Shown piece by piece: positions 58,238 through 64,000 of a stretch of 64,000 nt of DNA. A model generated the notes under the pieces. It ran no database searches. It saw nothing but the letters and a program-made list of their open reading frames with translations, and was not told the origin of the DNA. How positions within the stretch are numbered: the stretch's first letter is position 1; the number at the start of each line of letters is the position of its first letter. The DNA comes from Candidatus Melainabacteria bacterium RIFCSPLOWO2_02_FULL_35_15. GTDB taxonomy: Bacteria; Cyanobacteriota; Vampirovibrionia; 2-02-FULL-35-15. The position numbers and the translations under genes were made by a program. The stretch spans positions 5,318 through 69,317 of the forward strand of contig MFRN01000041.1 of NCBI GenBank assembly GCA_001784585.1, read 5' to 3'.

Positions 58238-59752
58238 ATGATTACAAAAACTAAATATACACAAGAGAATCTAAATAAAATTCTTTGGGATGCTGCAGAT
58301 TCATCTAGAACTCAAGTTGATGCAGGAATATATAAAGATTATGTTCTTGCCATGCTTTTCTTCAAATACTTAAGTGATTTGTCCAAAAAGAAACACGAAG
58401 AGTATAAAAAGCGTTTTGGAAGTGATGAAAAACGTATTGAAGAGAAGATGAAACTAGACCGCTTTTATATTCCACCAAAATCATCCTTTGATTACATCTA
58501 TTCAATTATTGAAGAGGATAACTTAGGTGAAGAATTAAATAAAGCTCTCCACCGAATTGAAGATGCAAACAAACAAAAACTGGATGGTGTATTTAGTGTG
58601 GATTTCAATTCAGAATCAACACTTGGAAAACTTGATGAGAGAAATAAAATGCTTCGACATTTAGTTAAAGATTTTGCAAAAATAGATCTTTCTGATGTAA
58701 ATGATGACATTATTGGCAATTCATACATGTACATGATTGAACGCTTTGGTACAAATGCTGGGAAGAAAGCAGGAGAGTTTTTTACAGTTAGGAATGTCGC
58801 ACATCTTTTAGCTAAACTTGTGGAGCCAAAACCAGGCACTCGTATTTGTGATCCCTGCTGTGGATCTGGTGGACTACTTCTTCTTGCTGGTGAAGAGGTG
58901 GAAAAACAAGGATCGAAGAATTATGCTCTGCACGGACAAGAATCAACAGGATCAACATATCAACTTGCTCGTATGAATATGTTTCTTCATGGAAAAGATT
59001 CTACAAGGCTTGAATGGGGCGACACTCTTAATAATCCTTTGCTTGTAGAAAATGATTCTCTTATGAAGTTTGACACCATAGTATCAAATCCTCCATTTTC
59101 TTTGAAAAAATGGGGAGCAGAAAATGCAGAGGCAGATAAATACAAGCGCTTTTGGCGAGGTGTTCCACCAAAAGATAAAGGAGATTTCGCTTTTATTACG
59201 CACATGGTAGAAACGGCCAAACCAAAGAGTGGACGCATAGCCGTTATTGTTCCACATGGCGTGCTATTTCGAGGTGGTACAGAAGGAGCTATTCGTAAGC
59301 ATTTAATAGAAGAAAATCTTATTGAGGCAGTTATTGGTCTTCCAGCTGGATTATTCCAAACTACTGGTATTCCTGTTGCTATTTTAATCATAGACAGGTC
59401 AAGAGAAAAAGGGGGCAAGAATGAAAACAATAAAGATGTTTTCTTCATTGAAGCTTCAAAAGAATTTAAAGCTAATAAAGCACAAAATATTCTTGCGATA
59501 GAGAATATAGAAAAGATTTATTCCACGTATAAAAACCGCAAAGATATAGAGAAATTTGCACGCAAGGTTAGTTTGGAAGAAATTAAAGAAAATGATTTCA
59601 ACCTAAATATCACTCGCTATGTGGATACATTTGTAGAAGAAGCCCCTATTGATATCAAAGCAAACTTAAAAGAGCTTGAAGAAATGGAGCCTCAACTACA
59701 AAAGCTGGAAAAGCAAATGAATGAGTATTTAAAGGAGTTAGGAATTAAGTAA
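58238..59752 (+). CDS. hsdM: Type I RM methyltransferase subunit
   Basis: LW.AAD, YKDY.L.MLFFKYLSD, AGEFFT, DPCCGSGG, SNPPF, VPHGVLFRG and FNLNITRY motifs. Confidence 0.96.
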   Translation: MITKTKYTQENLNKILWDAADSSRTQVDAGIYKDYVLAMLFFKYLSDLSKKKHEEYKKRFGSDEKRIEEKMKLDRFYIPPKSSFDYIYSIIEEDNLGEELNKALHRIEDANKQKLDGVFSVDFNSESTLGKLDERNKMLRHLVKDFAKIDLSDVNDDIIGNSYMYMIERFGTNAGKKAGEFFTVRNVAHLLAKLVEPKPGTRICDPCCGSGGLLLLAGEEVEKQGSKNYALHGQESTGSTYQLARMNMFLHGKDSTRLEWGDTLNNPLLVENDSLMKFDTIVSNPPFSLKKWGAENAEADKYKRFWRGVPPKDKGDFAFITHMVETAKPKSGRIAVIVPHGVLFRGGTEGAIRKHLIEENLIEAVIGLPAGLFQTTGIPVAILIIDRSREKGGKNENNKDVFFIEASKEFKANKAQNILAIENIEKIYSTYKNRKDIEKFARKVSLEEIKENDFNLNITRYVDTFVEEAPIDIKANLKELEEMEPQLQKLEKQMNEYLKELGIK

Positions 59753-59753
59753 T

Positions 59754-60038
59754 ATGCTAATCAATAATTTAAATTTTGCAGGGCCCTACTATTATGATAG
59801 AAATTTTGATCAAGATTTTGCTTGCGTCTATGCAATAGTAGTCGGTAATAAATTAATCTATGTCGGGATTACAGACAGTATAAATACCAGGATGTCTGGA
59901 CATCATAAGGTTGATTGCTGGAAAAGATATTCTAGTGATACTAAGATTCTTTATTTTTATAGAGAGTCAAATCAAGCTACAAGAGAGTCGATTGAAGCAG
60001 GCATTATTAAAGCTTATAATCCGCCTTGTAATGGATAA
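59754..60038 (+). CDS. Minimal GIY-YIG nuclease domain protein
   Basis: CVYAI..LIYVGIT..R..H..RESIE..I..YNPPCN; GIY, YIG, R, E and N residues are all present. Confidence 0.82.
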   Translation: MLINNLNFAGPYYYDRNFDQDFACVYAIVVGNKLIYVGITDSINTRMSGHHKVDCWKRYSSDTKILYFYRESNQATRESIEAGIIKAYNPPCNG

Positions 60039-60057
60039 GAGTTAAGGTAAATAGTTT

Positions 60058-60939
60058 ATGGCTTTATCTGAGCAACAAATTAAAAATTGGGCTAGAGCAC
60101 TTTCAGAAACAGAGAACAGTAAGTGTGTAAATACTGTAAGTGCTATTAGAAAAGTACTAGAAGACCACTTTGGTTCAAAAATAAAAGTTTTCCTTCAAGG
60201 CTCATATGCCAATAGTACCAATGTTAGGCAAGATAGCGACGTAGATATTGTAGCTTGCTATCAAGATGCATATTTCCCTAACTATTCTTTTCTTGATCAA
60301 GTGGAAAGAGTAGTTTATGAAAGCAATGCAACAGCACATGATTATAAATTTTCTGAATTTAAAAATGATGTCATGATACTGCTGAGAAGTAACTTTGGTA
60401 CCTCAGTAGAAAGAAAAGAAAAGTGTATTCATATCAAAGGAAATATATACAGGGTAAATGTTGATGTAGTACCTTGTTTTTTGCACAGCAGATTTATGCC
60501 GTCTGGTGTAACAATCGAAGGAATTGAATTACGCACTGATACAGCAAAGATACCTGTAAAAAATTTCCCAGATCAACATAAAGCTAACGGTCAAGAAAAA
60601 AACCAGTTAACAGATCAAAAATATAAAGCTGTTGTTCGAATATTAAAAAACTGTAGGAATTTTCTAATTGATAATAATCATATAGATGAAAAATTTATGC
60701 CTTCATTTTTTTTAGAGTGTATAGTTTGGAATGTACCAAATAGTTGTTTTATGAACGACTCCTATAAAGAAATGACAAATAATGTTATTAGCAAAATCTA
60801 TGATGATATGTCAGTCCAAGAAACTGCTAATAATTATGCTGAAATAAGTGATTTAATATGGTTATTTAAAGGTCAAACAAAAAGAACACCTGCTATTGCT
60901 AATCAATTTCTAAAACAGGTGTATGGAGTAATTAATTAA
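60058..60939 (+). CDS. cGAS/DncV-like nucleotidyltransferase (CD-NTase, CdnE-like), CBASS synthase
   Basis: FLQGSYANSTNVR.DSDVD, third acidic residue in VDVVP, NFP..H..NG..KN..T...YK.VVRILK and PSFFLEC.VWNVP motifs. Confidence 0.92.
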   Translation: MALSEQQIKNWARALSETENSKCVNTVSAIRKVLEDHFGSKIKVFLQGSYANSTNVRQDSDVDIVACYQDAYFPNYSFLDQVERVVYESNATAHDYKFSEFKNDVMILLRSNFGTSVERKEKCIHIKGNIYRVNVDVVPCFLHSRFMPSGVTIEGIELRTDTAKIPVKNFPDQHKANGQEKNQLTDQKYKAVVRILKNCRNFLIDNNHIDEKFMPSFFLECIVWNVPNSCFMNDSYKEMTNNVISKIYDDMSVQETANNYAEISDLIWLFKGQTKRTPAIANQFLKQVYGVIN

Positions 60940-60941
60940 AT

Positions 60942-61409
60942 ATGAAAATAAATGATGAACAAAAAGTAAGTGTTTTAATGCAGGCTTTAGAAGAAAGATA
61001 TAGATCAATCCATGCTATTCGAGAAAGAGTTCAAACTGTCTCAATTTGGATTCTTGGCATTTTATTGGGTACTAGCGGTTGGTTATTTCAATCCAATATA
61101 CGCTTTGATATGTGGTACCAAAAATTATTTTTAATAGTTCTCCTGTTTATATTGTGGGGAACCTTACGATGGTTTTACTTTAATGACTTACAAAAAGGTT
61201 TTAATACTCAAAGACAAGTAGCAGCAACAGTAGAAGATTTATTAGGCTTGTTCAATAAAAATGTTTACGGTTCAGTAGAACCTATTTATCCCAAGGAGTG
61301 GAAAAGTTCCGGAGAGAAGGGATCGGAAGGTAAATTCTTTGACAATACTTATAACTTAATTGTTGTTGGGTTTGGTGTTTTGTCACTTGTAATAGTGTTT
61401 CTAAAATAA
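60942..61409 (+). CDS. Three-TM membrane protein, putative CBASS effector
   Basis: 2 nt downstream of the CD-NTase; TM1 (VSIWILGILLGTSGWLF), TM2 (LFLIVLLFILWGTL), soluble loop, C-terminal TM3. Confidence 0.75.
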   Translation: MKINDEQKVSVLMQALEERYRSIHAIRERVQTVSIWILGILLGTSGWLFQSNIRFDMWYQKLFLIVLLFILWGTLRWFYFNDLQKGFNTQRQVAATVEDLLGLFNKNVYGSVEPIYPKEWKSSGEKGSEGKFFDNTYNLIVVGFGVLSLVIVFLK

Positions 61410-61411
61410 TT

Positions 61412-62572
61412 ATGAAAACTAATAGTTCAAAAAATGATATATCTAAAGGGTGGTGTACAACAAAACTTGGAAATATTGCTGTTATTGTTATGGGACAATC
61501 TCCAAAAGGAAGTTCTTATAATAAAAATGGTGGTGGAAAACCACTAATAAATGGACCTACAGAATTCACTGGTTTGTATCCAATTAAAATACAATGGACT
61601 ACGACGCCAACGAAAATGTGTGAGATAGGAGATGTTCTTCTATGTGTTCGCGGAAGTTCTACTGGTCGCATTAATATTGCAAATGATGAATACTGTATTG
61701 GTAGAGGTGTTGCAGCAATACGTGCATCAGGTAAAACCTCGCAGGCTTATCTGAAACAGATGGTTGGTTTAATTGTTGAACAAATACTTAAACATACTAG
61801 TGGATCTACGTTTCCAAACATAGATAGTAGTTCATTAAAAAAGATTTCTATTGTACTCCCACCTCTCACTGAACAAAACCGCATTGCTTCAGTTCTTGAA
61901 ACATGGGATCAGGCTATTGAAAAACTGAAAAGAAAAATTGAAATCAAAAAGCAGATTAAAAAAGGGTTGATGCAGAATCTTCTTGCTGGAAAAAGAAGGT
62001 TAACAGGGTTTAAGGGAGAGTGGGAAACTGTAGAAATTGGTGAATTATTAGACTATGAACAACCTACTAAATATATTGTTAAAAGCACAGATTATGATCA
62101 TGTTCATAAAACACCTGTTCTGACAGCTAATAAAGGATTTATTCTTGGGTATACAAATGAAACTAAAGATATATACAAAAACTATCCAGTCATCATTTTT
62201 GATGATTTTACTGCAGATAACAAATTTGTAGATTTTGCTTTTAAAGTAAAATCATCTGCAATTAAAATACTATCTCCTAAAAATCAAAATGTTAATTTAA
62301 AGTTTGTTTTTGAAAAGATACAATTAATAAAATTTACTGTTGGACAGCATAAACGACACTATCTATCTGAATATCAATATATAACTATAGACATTCCTTC
62401 TATCAAAGAACAAACTGCCATAGCAAATATCCTGACTACTGCAGATGGAGAAATTACTACACTTGAAAAAAAACTATTTATTCTAAAAAATCAAAAAAAA
62501 TATTTATTAAATAATTTAATTACTGGTAATATTCGTACACCAGTGAAATTATTAGAGAAGGTGCAATCATAA
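61412..62572 (+). CDS. hsdS: Type I RM specificity subunit (two TRDs)
   Basis: W..TKLG..MGQSP TRD1, LPPLTEQNRIA.., KKGLMQNLL; TRD2 followed by IPSIKEQTAIA..KKYLLNNLITG. Confidence 0.94.
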   Translation: MKTNSSKNDISKGWCTTKLGNIAVIVMGQSPKGSSYNKNGGGKPLINGPTEFTGLYPIKIQWTTTPTKMCEIGDVLLCVRGSSTGRINIANDEYCIGRGVAAIRASGKTSQAYLKQMVGLIVEQILKHTSGSTFPNIDSSSLKKISIVLPPLTEQNRIASVLETWDQAIEKLKRKIEIKKQIKKGLMQNLLAGKRRLTGFKGEWETVEIGELLDYEQPTKYIVKSTDYDHVHKTPVLTANKGFILGYTNETKDIYKNYPVIIFDDFTADNKFVDFAFKVKSSAIKILSPKNQNVNLKFVFEKIQLIKFTVGQHKRHYLSEYQYITIDIPSIKEQTAIANILTTADGEITTLEKKLFILKNQKKYLLNNLITGNIRTPVKLLEKVQS

Positions 62573-62576
62573 AGTT

Positions 62577-64000
62577 ATGTTAGAAAAAGTAAATTTTGAT
62601 GAAGCACGCCAATCACAACTCCCATTCATAGAGCTTCTCTTGAATATGGGGTATACATATGTTTCTGCTGAAGAAGCATTGAGACAACGTAGTGGGGACA
62701 CTTCTAATTTCATCCTTTCAGATATTGCAGCTCAGAAACTTATGGAAATAAATGAATATGAAGTCGGTGGTACTGAATATAAATTCAGTGAAAAAGATGT
62801 AAGAGATGCCATAGACGAACTCGAACATATTCAGTATGAAGGGTTAATTGATACAGCTCAAAAAATCTATAACATAATCATGCCAACAAGTGGCGGTAAA
62901 ACAATTAAGATTAATCATGGTGGCAGAAAAGTATCAAAGAATTTCAGGTTTATAGACTTTGAGAATGTTAGGAATAATGCTTTTCACGTAACTGCTGAGT
63001 TTGTGGCAAGTGGTAAGCAGAATATTCGCCCTGATATTGTTTGTTTTGTAAATGGTATCCCTTTTGCTATTGTCGAAAACAAAAAATCAAGTGTAGAAGT
63101 GAAAGAAGCTCTTAGTCAAATGAATAGGAATCAAACACCTGAATATTGTCCAAAATTATATACTTATGCTCAGCTTCTTATAGGTACTAATGGAAAAGAA
63201 CTGCAATATGGTACTACTGGTACACCAAATAAGTTTTATGCTATCTGGAAAGAAAAAGGAACAGATAAAAATGATTTAGATAAAGAAATTAGTGCACTTA
63301 TTAAAAAACAAATAGATGTTAATGTATATGCCAAGGTTTTAGAAGATCTTAATGGTTATATAGAAGGTCATAAACAAAGAGTTGATAGGTTACCTACTGA
63401 GCAGGATAGAGGAGTATTTTCATTATTTGAGCCAAATCGACTTTTAGATCTAACTAAAAATCATATTATTTTTGACGCTGGAATAAAGAAAATTTCACGC
63501 TATCAGCAATATTTCGCTATTCATAAAATACTTAGTCGAGTTAATGAAATTGAAACTACAGAACAAGGACTTACTCGACGAAGAGGTGGACTTATTTGGC
63601 ATACACAAGGATCTGGAAAATCACTTACTATGGTGATGTTTGTAAAAGCACTTATTGAAGATCCTCATATCTTAAATCCTAGAGTAATAATCGTGACTGA
63701 TCGTAAAGATTTAGATAAACAAATTAAAGATACTTTCAAAAATTGTAATCTTAAAAAAGAAGTTATTCAAGCAACAAGTGGTCAAAACTTAGTTGATCTT
63801 ATTAAAGAGAAAGATCTATCAGTAATCACAACTTTAGTGCAGAAGTTTAATTCGGCTGGAAAAAACAATGTGGACTTTATTGATGATGATAAAAATATCT
63901 TCGTGCTTATAGATGAAGCTCATAGAACTCAGTATGGAATATCTAATTTTGAAATGACTCGTATTATTCCAAATGCGTGTTATATAGGATTTACAGGCAC
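62577..64000 (+). CDS. hsdR: Type I RM restriction subunit (5' part; runs off window end)
   Basis: Manual translation from ATG 62577: RPDIVCFVNGIPFAIVENK nuclease motif, RYQQY, GGLIWHTQGSGKSLTM, VTDR.DLD.Q and IDEAHRTQYG. Confidence 0.95.
   Translation, partial: MLEKVNFDEARQSQLPFIELLLNMGYTYVSAEEALRQRSGDTSNFILSDIAAQKLMEINEYEVGGTEYKFSEKDVRDAIDELEHIQYEGLIDTAQKIYNIIMPTSGGKTIKINHGGRKVSKNFRFIDFENVRNNAFHVTAEFVASGKQNIRPDIVCFVNGIPFAIVENKKSSVEVKEALSQMNRNQTPEYCPKLYTYAQLLIGTNGKELQYGTTGTPNKFYAIWKEKGTDKNDLDKEISALIKKQIDVNVYAKVLEDLNGYIEGHKQRVDRLPTEQDRGVFSLFEPNRLLDLTKNHIIFDAGIKKISRYQQYFAIHKILSRVNEIETTEQGLTRRRGGLIWHTQGSGKSLTMVMFVKALIEDPHILNPRVIIVTDRKDLDKQIKDTFKNCNLKKEVIQATSGQNLVDLIKEKDLSVITTLVQKFNSAGKNNVDFIDDDKNIFVLIDEAHRTQYGISNFEMTRIIPNACYIGFTG

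Larger units (their letters stand above)
50621..64000. mobile_element. Integrated element at tRNA-Pro (satellite/defective-prophage-like island with defence cargo); right end lies beyond the window
   Basis: Recombinase adjacent to the tRNA, replication initiator, XRE regulator, TerS-like gene, then RM and CBASS genes. Confidence 0.82.

Noticed and set aside
3214-59448. Many antisense or nested ORFs in the six-frame track (e.g. 3214-3669, 12208-12615, 27822-28295, 32006-32395, 39716-40060, 53101-53433, 58498-58839, 58987-59448)
   Set aside because: They overlap well-supported genes on the opposite strand or another frame and have no motifs; treated as shadow ORFs
60058-61409. Pycsar system or MNT-HEPN toxin-antitoxin pair
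   Set aside because: The enzyme has Pol-beta-type CD-NTase motifs with a C-terminal helical lobe, not a class III cyclase or minimal NTase, and the partner has no HEPN RxxxxH motif
1-64000. CRISPR array or cas genes
   Set aside because: No regularly spaced direct repeats and no Cas motifs were seen
50695-64000. attR copy of the tRNA-Pro 3' end
   Set aside because: No second copy was noticed within the window; the element's right boundary cannot be placed

Overview
AT-rich bacterial chromosome segment, most consistent with a non-photosynthetic Cyanobacteriota (Melainabacteria/Vampirovibrionia-like). This is inferred from the cyanobacterial-type ClpC, SecG, NdhA-I-G-E block and PBP-A-like protein, with no photosynthesis genes in the window. 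Positions 1-50.6 kb are core and accessory genes: mtnA, nnr, lnt, ruvC, a signalling cluster, secG, pyrK, an orphan DNA methyltransferase, a sigma70 factor, a divergent beta-oxidation cluster, malic enzyme, aroA, ndh/nuo genes, clpC, a GH116 hydrolase, tatA and several large orphan proteins. From tRNA-Pro(GGG) at 50621 to the window end lies an integrated element. It carries a large serine recombinase whose ORF reads through the tRNA antisense, a phage-type replication initiator, a C-protein-like XRE regulator with a PvuII-like C-box, a LEM-3-like GIY-YIG nuclease and a terminase-small-subunit-like gene, with no capsid or large terminase visible (satellite-like). Its cargo is a tightly packed type I restriction-modification operon (half-hsdS, hsdM, hsdS, hsdR). 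A three-gene module is nested between hsdM and hsdS: a minimal GIY-YIG nuclease, a CdnE-like cGAS/DncV-like nucleotidyltransferase and a small 3-TM protein that does not look like a canonical CBASS effector. This RM-embedded CBASS variant is the best candidate for a new system. All calls come from reading motifs by eye; no database searches were run.
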